NCBI GenBank assembly: GCA_965287045.1 | Contig: OZ336885.1 | Span: 61,690,001 to 61,754,000 of the forward strand | From: Carcharhinus amblyrhynchos | Lineage: Eukaryota | DNA length: 64,000 nucleotides | Direction of reading: 5' to 3' | In this document: positions 38,257-51,899 of the stretch, in pieces | Numbering within the stretch: the first letter of the stretch is position 1 | Layout: every line of letters begins with the position of its first letter | Program-made: the position numbers and the translations under genes | The notes under the pieces: model-generated | What the model was told of the DNA's origin: nothing | Seen by the model: the letters and a program-made list of their open reading frames with translations, nothing else | Databases searched by the model: none

Positions 38257-40231
38257 CGTTTAGATTGTTACAATGCCTATACAGAAGGACGTGCAAACAA
38301 TGTAGCTCGGTAATTATGTTTGGAAATTTGTCTTTGATTTCAAACGAAGTTCTAAATCTACCAGATAGAGCAACTGGCATATAATCACCTCAATAAGGTA
38401 TTTTCAGTGAAATGGCCATGCGTGCATAACACTAGGAAGACACTCATGCTGATTGGCACAATATGGCTTCAGTTGATGTTACTACAGTTGAGCAGTTCCG
38501 TTTGTACACCACAATTTTCTTTTTGTAAGATGCTGATTTATTTTCCGAATGGTGCTTTGAGACATGCGCATTAATGTCATATGCTTACTCCGGTAAAAAA
38601 AAACATAATATATTTATAATGCATTGAAAAAAAAACTCTGAAACGCTTTGTTGCTGACAAAGAAAAATGGAATCTTCAGTGTTTTTTTGCAGATTCACCT
38701 GTCACTCCATTCCGTTAACGTTCGAATTTGGATTCCAATATAAAGGTTGTTAAAGATAAACATATCATATGCAAGAAGCTCTGTCGAAGCAGTGTTCTTT
38801 TTGCTGAGTTGTGAGGAATCTGAATTAAATGTTAGCGTCAAACTGAATTTACGAACAACAGAAACTTTTTTTTCGATAGAAGAGTCAGGGAAACGAACCA
38901 TTTATAAACTGTGACAAGACTTATGCTCCCTTGACTGAACATTGGCTTTTAGCCTGCTCCATAACGCTCGTCGTCAATTCAGTCCTGTTGTCGAAGGACC
39001 ATTTCCTCCCAGGCACTTGCTGTGTCCAATTGACTCCTAGGCTAAAAATTGATATTGTGCTGTCCTGCAAGGTTGTTAAAAAATAACATGGGCACGAAAA
39101 CTTGAGACGCGTGTCTTATGACGATGCGGTAACAATTTCTGCACAAATTAATTAAAGCTGCGATCTGGCAAGGCGATTTTATTTAAACATGGAATCAGAA
39201 ATCCACATTAACAACACAATTACTTCTGAACACGATTACAATACGTTTCTTTATTATTCATTCGTGGCACAAAGGCCGCTCTGGAGACCGCCATTTATTG
39301 TCCTACCCTTGGGTCTCTTGCCAAGAGGGCAGTTGGTAGTCAACCACGTCAATGTGGTTCGGTAGACAGATGTCAGTCAAACCAAATAAGGACGTCAGGT
39401 TTCCATCCCGAAAGGTCGTGAGTGAACCAGTGCGCTGTTCCGGCAATTAGCAATGCTTTGAAAGTCATCAGTAGATGCTTAATTCTACTGAAAAATAAAA
39501 ACAAATTCGAATAACTGTTGCGGCGGGTGTCGAGGCCGGTTCCAAAATATTAAGTAAGGTTTTGGATTCATCCTCGAACCATAATTCCATTAACTCATGG
39601 CATCCCCTGTATTATTCCGACACTTCTTTCAACTGTACCCGTATACCCGTTGAATATAAAATCAATGTTTAACTGGTAGGCAGTTATTTACATTTCTTGG
39701 CTTATATTGTCCACTGATGACTAATACAAGTATAATTTGTAAACAGACCTACTAAAAAGTATACATGATGTATATTGTCCTCGAAGAGTGATGCAAAATA
39801 TTTCCTTTCAGTGTTGACCTTCCTTTCAGAATATTGACCTTCTGATATGGAGTGGTTGTGAAAAATAAAAAATCTACTATTTCCCTCTTTCTTTTGCAAT
39901 ACCTTTCCAAAATTGTATTTTTGGTGACGACAGCATGATCTCGCGAGTTGCCTGTCCTGAGATTTCACTGTATTATTGGACGCCAGGCCGTTTTCTATGC
40001 GTGCTGTGGAAATGATGTTCATGTGGTGTCTTGTGTGAGGTAGCACCATTGTAATTGTTTGTTCAAAAACCACGAACAGAGACAAGGATTTTTCGCGTGA
40101 TTGAATGTATATTTCAGCCTGCAACGCACCATAGAGCCAGACAACAGATCTTAACTGCTTACTTCATCAAGCGGAATTTGCCGCTTTCAGCGAAGATATC
40201 CCCTCACATGTGCAGTTGAAACGCAAAAACT
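38257..40231 (-). pseudogene. Array of about 6 decayed J segments with RSS remnants (unit B)
   Basis: SFCIGIVTI|gtatga (38257); KWSFDNRTELT (~38965-39010); KYNFGK (~39905); YLTQDTT*TSFP with caccatt-N12-tcaaaaacc (40044-40071); DIFAESGKFRL|gtaagc with cacatgt-N11-gcaaaaact (40205-40231). Confidence 0.65.
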
Positions 40232-40299
40232 ACTCACAGAAAGCTCAGATAGTCAACCCGGTAATGTTGTTTGTTGATTTGATAATTATGTTATCCTCT

Positions 40300-40440
40300 T
40301 TATCAGGATTAAGGGTTATGGGGAGAGGGCGGGAAGGTGGAACTGAGCCACGACAGATCAGCCATGATCTTATTGAATGGCGGGACAGGCTCGAAGGGCT
40401 AGATGGCCTACTCCTGCTCCTATTTCTTATGTTGTTATGA
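40300..40440 (+). mobile_element. Short CR1 3' end
   Basis: Reverse complement of the 3' end of the 12946 element. Confidence 0.9.
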
Positions 40441-40782
40441 ATGTGGTTCTATCCAAAACATTAGGTGACCACAAAAGATGCTAAGGACAATTAGAACTTC
40501 TGTTCTAACTTGGGGCAATAACCGCAAGTGAATAGAAGCTGCTGTTCCAGCGGAGGAGGGACAATACACGAGTGCAGGGACGTATTACAGGTACAGTCAA
40601 GATTCCGTGGAAAATTGGGAGTGTCACCGAGTTTATCCGGAACGCAATGGTCTTCAACAGCTTAGCAAGCCTCATCATGGATGAAGATGGGGTAACTCAG
40701 GCGACGATGTAAATGTTGAAATTCAGAATATCACTGCAAAATTACTCAGCTGGTCTGAAGGGCAACTGTGCATTAACTTGTG

Positions 40783-40830
40783 AGGTGCTTGCAGTGTGCC
40801 CTCGCCCAATTGTTTTGAGAACTATCCATT
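40783..40830 (-). pseudogene. JH-like segment (WGxG)
   Basis: AACAATTGGGCGAGGGCACACTG reads NNWG(1-nt deletion)EGTL. Confidence 0.35.
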
Positions 40831-41004
40831 CCCATGTGAATAAAGGTGACATTGCCAATTCACTTATTTGTGAAAGGCTCATCCCTGGTCTATTATAGCT
40901 CTGTTCAATAAAACAGCTGATTCGTCGCATTGCATAAAACTGAATTCCAAATTATTCATGCAGAATGCCTTCAGCCAAAATAAAGGCACAATGCAGTAGA
41001 CTTT

Positions 41005-41371
41005 TCCACATGGTTCAGGGTGCATTTCACCACACACGCGTAGCCATTAAAGGCGCTCTAGGCCGCATTTCTAACAGGAAAGGCATCACTTGTTCAAATT
41101 GAAACCGATATGCAGCCATCACCGACAGATAATACAATGGCACATCAGGGAATGGGAACACGTTGGCGACATATGGGTATTCATAGACTCACCGACAGAT
41201 TACATTTTCAGTGGTCCAAATGCCAGGGATGGCAACTCGATGGTAACGTTGAATGAAAGGATAATTTTGCCATTTTGGGTACCCCGACATGATGCAGATT
41301 GAGCACAGCGAGAACCCGGCCAGCAGCATGATGATAGGACAGGAACATCATGGGTCTTTTGAAGGCCATTC
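41005..41371 (-). pseudogene. Decayed V with apparently fused J (unit B head)
   Basis: ctttcag| ...AGFSLCSIC(G+7)IMSGY...NY...YH...PG...SDA...CG, then VVKCTLNHVE (cf. FGKGTxLxVE). Confidence 0.4.
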
Positions 41372-42618
41372 CAGGATAGACCTGAAAGCGCATTAGTACA
41401 TTCCCCTCGACAAATGTCCTTCATTTTCATTATTTGCGCAGTACTGAATAACATTATCTTTCTGATCGTGGAAAATGAAGTTGCACACTAACATGTCGTG
41501 ACATGTCACATTGTATTCAGCCCTCTGAAATCAAAGGCGATGTTGAATGGAATTACAGTAACATTCTCCGGTTTATGGCTCTGGCCATCAGCAAGGGTTG
41601 TATGGAATGGATTGGCACAAGGGATGCCTTCGTATGGCAAACACTTTTTTGCCGTGACTTTCTCAACTGATGCAAAAATGGTTCATTGGTTTCCTTGTCC
41701 ACATTTTCCCGTAGTAGTATGAACTAGCCATGTCAATTATACACTGCTTTTGAACCGGCATTCTGAAATCTAAGGGTATCATTCACCCTTTCCTCAATGC
41801 GAGTTTTCTATCTCTGATGTTGCAGATACATTTCTCTACCTAATCATCACATCATGATTTGCAATGAGGATTCTTGCTTACATTAGCTTTGTCCAAAGTA
41901 TGGAGTTTGAGATAGTCCGCGAAATTTGATAAGCTTTACATCAACTCCTGGCAAGTTGGAGATTTACGCAATTATGAAGTGTATTCATTTCCCCAATAAT
42001 TTCTAAATAAATTAACCAATGTTTAACACGTTTCCCGCTATACATGCAATTAAACTGCTGGTGTTTGTTCCGTTTTATTGCCTGCAAGCCAAGAGAACTG
42101 ACGTTATGTCCTTCAACAGTCATTGGACAGGAAGGCACTTTGAAACTCCCCGTGGCCACAAGCATACTGTCTTGATATTTTATTTGGCGCGCAACGACGA
42201 CTGACGTAAAGTTGAAACGCTAGCGACTTTGAATTGTGGAACGCGCTGTTCATACACAAATTTAATATGCAGCTCATCCCGTCAATCCTCTCTTCGCTCA
42301 TACCAGTGTATCTTCCAGGAATGTCATGACGAAAACGACTGAATCAAGGGGGACACGTTGAAAATCCATTTCTCAAACACACCCGGAGCTCATATCAATG
42401 GCACCCCGAGCTATTATCTATGGGAATATGACATAAGGGCTCTAAATTGAAATCCCCTCCCCCCCCCCCCAACAAAAAAACTTACGAAACCTTGAGCCAG
42501 AAACAGGTCATCTACGAATATTTTAGCATCGCATTCCCGACGAGCATGCTGCGTCTTATCAGCAGATAGTCAGTATGCGTGTAAAAAAAATAAGATATCC
42601 AATTTTTCACTTTGATTG

Positions 42619-43012
42619 AACATAAGAACATAAGAACATAAGAAATAGGAGCAGGAGTAGGCCATCTAGCCCTTCGAGCCTGCCCCGCCATTCAATAAGA
42701 TCATGGCTGATCTGTTGTGGCTCAGTTCCACTTTCCCGCCCTCTCCCCATAACCCTTAATCCCCTCTCTTATCAAAAACCCATCAACCCGCTTCTTAAAA
42801 ATATTTAGCGAGGCAGCCTCCACCACTTCAACGGGCAGAGAATTCCAGAGATTCACCACCCTTTGAGTGAAGAAGTTCCTCCTCAACTCCGTTCTAAACC
42901 GCCTCCCCTTTATCTTGAGGCTGTGCCCCCTAGTCCTACTGTCTTTTTTGAGCGGGAAGAGTCTCTCCACCTCTATCCTATCCATCCCATTCATCATCTT
43001 ATACGTCTCAAT
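42619..43012 (-). mobile_element. Young CR1 3' fragment
   Basis: Nearly identical to 12960-13350; (aagaacat)n tail. Confidence 0.95.
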
Positions 43013-43189
43013 GAGCTGATTCAAGCGGAAAATCGGATGCATGCGCACAAATTATCGCAACTGTTGAGGGAAGGTGTGCAAGGCACTAACAATCCTGTGA
43101 ATACGCAGCGAACGGATGGTATGACTGTCAGTCAACAGGTCAGAAGGAAATACGGTGAGATTCAGGGGGAAGTTCCCTCGGTACTTGCC

Positions 43190-43478
43190 CTGTCCGGCAG
43201 GTATAAATAACGTGATGACGTTGGGCATAAGGAGTAAACAAATTTTGGTTAAAATGCTGTATGACTCAGGCGCCATGAAATTTCGGTTCACAAGATGTGG
43301 CACAATCGTAATGTAGCTGTTTTAGGTATCGGAACAGAATGTCATCTATTTTGTGTCCTCTGCAGCAATGATTTAGATTCACAAGTGCTATGTTGTTGCG
43401 CTGGTGCCGGGATGAGGAAATCTTTGTGCAGCTGGTAAACAATTTGGAAAGGCGGGGGCGGTGTACAAATTCATGGTC
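43190..43478 (-). pseudogene. Decayed C1 exon, beta position (unit C)
   Basis: cagcag|DHEFVHRPRL...VNLNHCCRGHKIDDILFRYLK...ESYSILTK...IYTCR. Confidence 0.5.
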
Positions 43479-43699
43479 TGCTGCAGTATCAGTGAGATGT
43501 GGGAAGGGGTACATGTATAAGAAATTTTCCACTGGTGCCGAGAGAAATTGTATTTGATTATTGATGAACATGTATAACCCACTACGTTGTCTTACTTCAT
43601 TATTACATCATTTGGGTTCAACACATATGGATGACCAGATACAATTCTTAGTTGTCATGACAACGCACGAACTTTCATTGACTTTGCCTGTGTGGACAT

Positions 43700-44245
43700 A
43701 ATTGAAATTCGACTGCAATCTCGAATTGTTTCGAAATTTGAGGAATAAAAAAACTCCTATAATAAATGTTACATTGAATCTCATCACATTACTATCCGAG
43801 ACTAGAATCACTTGCTCATGCAGCAGGCGCAAAGTATGCCTTTTCACTGTGTTGTGCGCTAACCTTTGTCGGTGTTCGATTTTTTTGTCTTGCCTAATCC
43901 TGGAAGAAAGAAAAAATACGCCTTCAGATGCAAACCGTCACCAGTTTCAAATTTCACGAGCTGCCCTTCTTGCACATTATAGCCCTGCCCGAATTTGAAA
44001 GTTGTTTCATAAGACGTCAGTGAACGACATTTCGCGTGTTGTTTTAAATGATACGACTCATACTAACAATGTGCAAATTCTGTGGATATATTTGCGGTGG
44101 GTTTCCATTGTTACATATAATCAATGACGAAATTAATTGATATGCCTCATTTAATTTGCGAATGATCTGCTGTAGTTTGTCACGAAGTTCCCTTTATCTT
44201 ATTAGGCAATGGATGAATATCCACATTGAATATCAGAATGCTTCT
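43700..44245 (-). pseudogene. Gamma-position C remnant, 36-nt hinge (43864-43899) and TM (unit C)
   Basis: Hinge ttcttccag|GATTAGGCAAGACAAAAAAATCGAACACCGACAAAG|gttag; TM FNVTFIIGVFLFLK; the C exon itself is weak. Confidence 0.45.
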
Positions 44246-45289
44246 GTAACAATTGTTTGTGTTAATCTTAAAACAAAACCGAAGATTTTATTTTTATAAC
44301 AATAGTGACAAACAGTTCACCGATATGAAGTATCAGGTTGCACTCAATGAATTTGTCATTATATTTCGCAACATCTCTTCGAATATGTATTAATAAACAA
44401 AGTAAAAGTATAGTTTTTTTGTTTATTGACGTTTGCTTTTTCATCACCATAACTGTCACCATCACCAAATATAATTACTTGGCTGGAATATAAATGGGTA
44501 TTGCGATATTTACTTCTTCTGGTTAGAATCCAAATATGATAAGATGTGCATTTACAAATATATTTCCCCACAAACGGAATAACGTTTATTTCACAAGGAA
44601 AATGATCGTCATCTGTTTTCCAATTTGCGTTCACTAAATCATTACCTTCTTCCCTTTTCTCCAGCTCAACTGCTGAAAAAAAAAATAACTTTCAGAAACG
44701 GAAACATCCTCCTAGCTTCACAAAAAATCTGTACTGGAGGGAAAATAGGACACAATGTTGATAAATGTTAAAGTCCATAATATGTTAAACACTCCTGTAC
44801 TTGTCGTTTGAAATCCCAAAAAGTGAACGTCCGTACTTCACATCTCTTTATACATTCAGTAGAGTGAATCAAACGTAAAATAGAAGTGCCATGTCTAAAG
44901 CAGGCTACCAATTATGTACTAAGTGCATCCGCTCCCATATCAATTTGGTTATCATGTAATTATTCGCAAATGTCATGATGTATATTTTCATACTGAGATC
45001 TTTCAGATCATATTTGCTTTCGGTAAGTTCTGCAACTTAACATGGAGGAAAATAATTTCCTATCACTTTATTCAATTGAAACATGTCATATTTGTAGTAC
45101 CCAGAGACCTTGCATCATGTATAAAGTATATTTAAAGTGATTAGCAATCAAGGATACCAGTACGCCAATCTGTTAACACAGCCAGTATCACAAGCACACA
45201 TCGAAAGTCACAGAATTGTCCCAAAGCTCTTCATAATTCTTTCGCTGCAATGAAGAGTAAAAGAATGAGAAACGTGCCGATGCATTACA

Positions 45290-45619
45290 TTTTATGGAAT
45301 ACTATCGGCTTCACGGCACTGAACAGCCTGATGTGACACGTAACTGCCAGCTGATTGTATTAATTGATACAGACATGTCCAAAATGAAATGGGAGCGAAA
45401 TTCTCGGCAAAGTTATGTCCTCAAATAAAGAAACGTGAGGTCATCAGAATTCAGTGGTTTGAAGCAATGAACAGTTTGTCGAAAAAAAATAATTATTGCT
45501 TTACACACTTAAGCGTTCCCGACATTGTTCTTAATGTTTTGCAATCTCTGAATATTTCTGCGCGTCGTTAGAAATCTTTGATTGACCACTGAATTGAAAT
45601 ATCACATTCTCTGATTCAC
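45290..45619 (-). pseudogene. Decayed V segment (unit C)
   Basis: ctgctttcag|G acceptor; V-exon length; NVIFQ...DCKT...QLRV...EAD; position matches the V segments at 8.5 and 21 kb. Confidence 0.35.
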
Positions 45620-45834
45620 CTGAAAGCAGTCAATAATCAGAAAAGGTTTTGGGAAAACGACAGAAAACAATGCCAAATGAAGGAAGAATGGCGTGCTGAC
45701 AAATCTGTGAACGGTCCCTCATCCCATCTATATCTTGGTGTAATCCTCATCGTGCAGCAAACATGGTTAACACGTGAAAACGAAAACAACATAATAACCC
45801 CTCAATCTCTGATGCAACATAGTATCAACCGAGC

Positions 45835-45912
45835 AAGTCATTTGCGAGCAGGGCATTAGCAATAAACCAACTAATCTCACTCGCACGTCAGTGATAAACA
45901 TTTGATTCAATA
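45835..45912 (-). pseudogene. Decayed TCR alpha-like TM exon (unit C)
   Basis: gtcgcag| LNQMFITDVRVRL...MT versus NxxSLTVxGLRL...MT. Confidence 0.5.
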
Positions 45913-46234
45913 CTGCGACAACTACTTAACCATTCATCAGCCTCTCTATCTATTCACGTTTCGATATATATATATATATAATGTTCAGTCTGTTTGTTTT
46001 ATTTTCAACATGTGCACGGTTGTCATTAAGCGACAAAAAAACACATTCAATTATCCTGATCTTTACATTTCATTTTTTCTTCTATTAACACGAAATACAA
46101 ACAACTAGCATAAGGAAGACATTAATACATAAAATAATGTAGTTCATTGTGTTGATATTTGATATTTATCGTACGCTTGACATTTTCTCAGTTTTGTGTG
46201 CTTGTGGGTTTGGGAATTCTAATATTTGTACTGT

Positions 46235-46810
46235 GTCCGGTTAAAGTTCCATTGCACTTGGAAATGAGGGGTTGTAGTGTTAACAGCCATCTAAAAAAAA
46301 ATCAGTGATGAACATTGAAGAGGAACCTTGAAATTATTTATAATATTGGTTCAACTAATACAGTGCCTGAAGACTGTTAGAACATGAGAGAAGGGGGGCA
46401 TTTTTTTTCTGAAGGATGTGGAATGTAAAGGGAAATAACAAAAAAAAACTAACATGTCATGCTTGCAGACGTTATTTGCTATTGATGCACTATACTGAGA
46501 GAAATGACTCATCAGACGAGGAGACAATGTCATTTCGCCTCAAAATTACATTTATTGGTGATATATTGTACTAAAGTCAGCAAATCAGTCATCTGGAGTA
46601 GAAATGAATGTTCGAGGATCTATGGTTTGTATCACTGAGCTGATGTTCGACTTCAGCAGCGTGCAGTGAAGTTCGTTGCCTGCTAAGTGGAGCTAATTTT
46701 GCATGCACTGCCTGCTGAGAATTATTGCTTGTATACATTTGACCTTTTGGAAATAAAGCATAATTCCTTGCCCTTCCAAATGTGCTCACTGCTAATGAAT
46801 GGATAAAAAT
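46235..46810 (-). pseudogene. Array of about 4 decayed J segments (unit C)
   Basis: STFGRA...FPK G|gt (46745-46787); AKL...AGNEL; VLT/SGTVLVEP (~46347-46385); QPLIS..NGTLT (~46240-46285). Confidence 0.55.
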
Positions 46811-49444
46811 CGTGACAATAAAGAAAAGGCCGTGATTAAAAAAAAATCCGGATGTACTAATGATGGCAGTGTTAATAACAGTAACACTGTTTCATGCTCA
46901 GCAAACAAAAAAGTCACCCTAATCAGTAATGTCCTCCTGGAAATACTGCACAGCGAATTGCACTAATGGTATGTCATTGTATTGACCGGTATTCCGTGCA
47001 CCCATAATATATAAAGATCGAAAATGCGACGAAATTGACAACAAAATGTTTTTCAGATGGCGGACTCAGAAGAGCATCAGTTTTGAATTTTGTGAAGTGT
47101 TTGCTCTACATATGCTTGAGTTTTTTTTTCTGCAGAAATTGTTTTCCTCACCTAAACGTGTCACAATGTCTTTGCATGTGGGTAGCTCTGGAATTCATAA
47201 AATAAACCCTGTCTTGCCATGGCATATTAAAAGAATGAACTTAACTTTACATGTAGATTGATTCATGAAACACCGTTAAAAAAAGTTTTATTTAACCAGT
47301 ATATGTCATATGTGAAAAACAGTGATCATGATGAAGAAGTATGGATTAGTTGATAGGTTGTGCCAGAAGTTTCACCACAGAACCAGGTGCCAACGAGTGT
47401 CATTCCACTAAAACCACCATGTATTACAATGCATAAAACTAATTTTCTGCGGATGCTGGAATCTGAAACTAAAAGAGAAAATGCAGGAAAATCTCAGAAA
47501 ATCTGGCAGCATTTGTAAGGAGAAAAATAACGGACATTTCGTGTCCAGATGACACTTTTTCAAAGTTTTGGGTGTATCAAAATGCAGTTTTGTCAGTGTC
47601 CATTTGGTAGTGCAGTGTCTGTCAGAGGGTGTGTAAGTGATTGTATGGGAAATAGTGGCCATGTCCTGAGGAGTTGAAAGCGAGGTCTACGACTTATGTG
47701 ACGGCCAGCAATGATTGACCACTGGTTACAATTGGCGGACATCAAATTAATCGTGGATATCAGTGTATTCTGTTTGGCTCGGAATAAGGTGGCAGGAGAT
47801 TGATGGGATTTGAAAGCTTCATTCTTTTGATTTCGAACAGCTGATTGTGTTTCTGATTTATAACCCTAACATGACATTGACACCGATGTAATCACATATG
47901 AAACTTCAAACTGAGTGGGGCGAACACATCGTTCTGTTGGTATTTTTTTTTTCGTTCCTACGTTCATTGAAGTTAAAAAGACATAAAACCATTCTGCTTG
48001 AAAAATAATCTCACTAAGCTGATCCAAATTCACAGCAATTGGCCCAAAGCACTGGAATTTATGGCAACACTTAAACATATCTAAACATGAAAACGTTACA
48101 ACAGTTTATGACTCATCTGCACGATCAGTAGTATTTACGTATTTTAAGAACCCTCTGGGTCATTTATTCACACCTCAAGTAGCCTTCTATGCCCTTAGTC
48201 CTTAACTTCAATCTCTTCGCCTGTTTATTTTACTCTTTGCTTCCGGCACATGTATTCCTACCTACGCTATCAATTCAACTGATAAGAAACGCAACTCTAT
48301 CAAATCCCACTTTCAATTACTTCTTTTCCAACAGGAACAGTCCTCGATCATTTAACCTGTCGCAATAACTGAAACTCCTGGACGCTATCATTATCTTGTT
48401 AAAATTACTTTGCATCCTCTTCAATTGTATCACGTCTCTCCCTTAAAAACTTAGCCAAAGAAACTGCGCGTTGTCCTTAAGGTGTCGCCTCAAAATGGTG
48501 TTTTTTTTTTCTCTATTGCAGCACGCCGTCTTGTGTTTCATACTTCGTTTAATAAATGCATGTATTGCGTTAATCGCCTGTCCCGTTCAACGATTTGCAG
48601 ATACAAACTCCAAAGTCCACTGACCTTCAGCATGTTCCTATGTACTAATACATTGTTTGTGTGGTGTTACGTTGTAACGCACATCAATATAACTATAATG
48701 AAGCTCTGAAGATATTAGGTTTTAACTTATAAATGTCAGGATTAAAATGCTAATAATACAATCTCTTTTCGCTGTATCGCTCAAGCAACGTGACCTTGGC
48801 ACTTTCCCTGTAATATCAATGCAAATAGCCCTAACGCCCATTTCAAAGTGTGCTGGCGGCAGCGAATAATCAAATCAAGAAAAAATCAAATCATACAAAC
48901 CATATTACACTAGAAAATTACCATCGGAATAAAAACAACAGCGTTTCAGTCCAGTAAAAAAAAATCAGATTGACTCCCGTCTCACTTTCTTTGATGTCAC
49001 AACGGAGGCATTTAATAAATCAGCTTTGAATTACGAAATATAAATAAGAACGCATTTTTTTTGTCGTTGTGGAATGTTAAGATCGAATGAAATTACCGTG
49101 ATCTTTTAATTTCACTTTTTCTTCTTTTAAAATTCATTATGAACAATTAGAATAGACAACAAACAATGCAATATATGACACACTTTCAAATTCCCTTCTT
49201 TTATTTCGTAGGACAAAAATAAGTTGGGTTCATCTCAGGATGAATACATTTGGACACATGCTGTCATTTATGGGAACGGCAGTTCTTTATTTCTCTTGAC
49301 GGGACGCAGTGCAAGTTCATCATAATCAGTGCGAGCACCCCACAATTTTTTCTTGAGCAGTTGTAAGCAATGGTGCGATTGCACTACATTCGTTTATACT
49401 AATACATGCTCCACAGCAAATGTCCAAGATAAATCAAGTAGTTC

Positions 49445-49760
49445 CTAGAAACATAAAATGCCACAGTACAGAAGGAGGCTATTCGGCCCATCAAACATGT
49501 GCCGATCACAATTCTTCCAATGCCCAATTTCCGTACCCCGTGCATTTACCCGACTAACCCCATGACACCAGGGTCAATTTTAACAAGGCAAACCAAACTA
49601 ATGATCAATCCTTGGATTATGTAAGGAAACCAGGACACCCGAAGGAAACCCAGGCAGATACAGGGAGAAAGTACAAACTGCACACAGTGAGTGACCCAAG
49701 GCTGGAATTGAACCTGGGTCCCTGGAGCTATGAGAGAGCAGTGCTAATCAGTGAACCACA
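49445..49760 (-). mobile_element. HE1-like SINE
   Basis: + strand ggaaaccaggacacccgaaggaaaccc...aaactgcacacagtgagtgacccaaggctggaattgaacc is the reverse of the SINE head. Confidence 0.8.
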
Positions 49761-50399
49761 CAAAATATTCACATTGATGACAGAGAATGCAAAAAAAACA
49801 ATCAACACATAATGTGAGCTGAGGACGGATATCAACAACACGCCATGGTGCACGTTAAACAAATGAACATGTGTAAGTCATTCGTGTGTACAGATGGGGT
49901 TCGCTAGCGATGGACAATTTCCTTCGTGATCATCATTTATTACCAGCCAGGAATACACAGCCATGTCGTCAGTGTTGAGATATGAAAGAGAATAGAGATC
50001 TTTTGATATCCATTCAGTTTTGAATTTACTTTTGTGTCCGATATATCCATTGTGCTAAAGTCTGCTTCAGCAATGTGAGTTTAATGTGTTACAAATCAAT
50101 CAGGCACAGACAAATGCTTATTTTGCATTCATTCTGGCACGTTTCCAGCCTTAAATTATCCCGTTATTTGGGATAAGCCACAATTTCTGTACTTGATGGT
50201 AATTGTCAAATTTGAAAACAAATCTTATTGATGGTACAGGTAATTGCAGTTCTTAGATTTAAATTCGAAACCATTAGTTTCTCGGTCAACCCATCAATGC
50301 TTGCAACTGCATCAACTGAATTTTCCCGAATATTGTCTACCTGACCAAATCATTGGTAGCTTTGTGTGTTAATTACTCTTGATCAGCCCTCCCGCAGCA

Positions 50400-50680
50400 A
50401 CAATGGTAGTAAAACAATCCCACATCGACCTCAGATCTGCCTCGGGGAAATAAATGTAATAGATCTCAAACATTTTTTTTGCGAAAAATGTAAGCTGACA
50501 TTTGATATACCGTTAAAATCGTGGAAGCAAGAGTCTAATTGTCAACTACTAAAGTAGCAAAACAGAGGTCTCTGAACCTCCAGTCAATCAATAACATCGT
50601 GCGTGCCATTCAATGCGTCCGTGTTGACAGGCCTCTTGGGCTTGCGTCCCAAACAACGCGCTAGATTAATTCAAATAGCA
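50400..50680 (-). pseudogene. Possible decayed V segment 3' of the Cdelta-like TM
   Basis: Ends EVDVGLFYY (DxGxYYC) about 280 nt after a ctacag acceptor. Confidence 0.3.
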
Positions 50681-50889
50681 CTGTAGTTTTGTTAGTGGCA
50701 TCAAGCATACAGAACCTGACCATGATGTCAACACAGCGAAGTTAGTGCCCCAAACTAGCATTGATTACACAACTACATATTTGTTAAGGAACAATCTGGT
50801 CTCTTCTGATTAAATAATAATAATCCAAAGATCAATGTCAATCTACCAATGTGGTTCACATCGACTTCACAAGCAAAAATAACACGACC

Positions 50890-51510
50890 AAGATTTATCG
50901 TTTCAGGTAACAAAATATTTGCCATAAACTCTTCAAGCCATATTATGCAGGGAGCGATTCGACAAAGCAAATATATCATCCCTACCTCTATGTTAAAAAA
51001 AAAGTGGCGGAAAACCTTCGTTTCGTGTTCTTGTTGGTGGTAATGTCTCTCAGAATAAGAAACCACTTTCCGACAAATCATCGCTGTTTTCTATTGCAGA
51101 ATATTTAGCTGTTATATTTTATGATTCGTTATAGCTGCACGTCTGATATAGAACACGAAAGAAAATTTTTCAACATCATGTCTCCTTTCTCATCAATATT
51201 GGAACTATTTATGAAATCACCTTTTTTCCCGAGGTGCAGACATATCCTAGCAATGTGACTACTTGAGAAGTAACCGTGACGTGGAGAGATTGATGAATTT
51301 GTGGATGAGTCGGAGAAAGCCTTCTTTGCTATTTATATTTAGCTCGGCATTAGGTAGTTGCGGAATTTTATCTCATTACAGGGGAAACAAAGGAAATATC
51401 TACTCATCTCGGAGGTTCATCGATCTAGAACAAAATGCCGCTGTTGTCTGTTTGTGAATGATTACATAACAGAACAAAGGGGAGAAAAGTGACAAAGCAT
51501 AGCAGCGGAA
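50890..51510 (-). pseudogene. Best-preserved TCR delta-like C exon (51250-51510) and TM (50890-50987), unit C
   Basis: LSLFSP-10aa-TTAAFC, GFL, TVTS(C)QV versus recalled shark Cdelta LSIFYP..TAAVC..SGFL..VTCEAKH; TM VGMIYL..C(R)IIWLE(K)EFMANILL keeps the R-x4-K-x4-N spacing. Confidence 0.65.
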
Positions 51511-51899
51511 GGAAAAATCTTGAAAATTGGGTGTGTGTTTGTTATTCTACAATTTAATAATTACGATTTCATATTTAAATTTCAGATCTGAAAGGACAGA
51601 CCAACCTAGCTAGAGGCACCGCCTTTGGTATTCTGGAAGTTGTGGGCACTTCCAGTACCGTTGACCCCGGTCCTCTTTACCTGCTATATTTGCTGTGTTT
51701 CAGATGTCCCCACTGCGATCTTAGGGACGCTCCCCATCAACAGTGATTTCGAACATCCTTGAACATTCTTCAACCTTCCTCCATTACCATTGAGAAGTGA
51801 ATGCTGAGCTGCTATCATGGATACCTGCTGTCGATGTGATATACGCGCTGCCAAGGTACTGCTCGGGATGGCGTCAGGAAATGTGAAGAAATGGTGATA

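Noticed and set aside
39702-40124. 140-aa ORF with AG/GT boundaries as a coding exon
   Set aside because: No recognisable protein; it spans RSS and J-like motifs, so it is probably a chance ORF.
25621-43851. Isolated perfect heptamers cactgtg (25621, 32562, 43845)
   Set aside because: No nonamer at 12 or 23 spacing and no adjacent V or J coding end.
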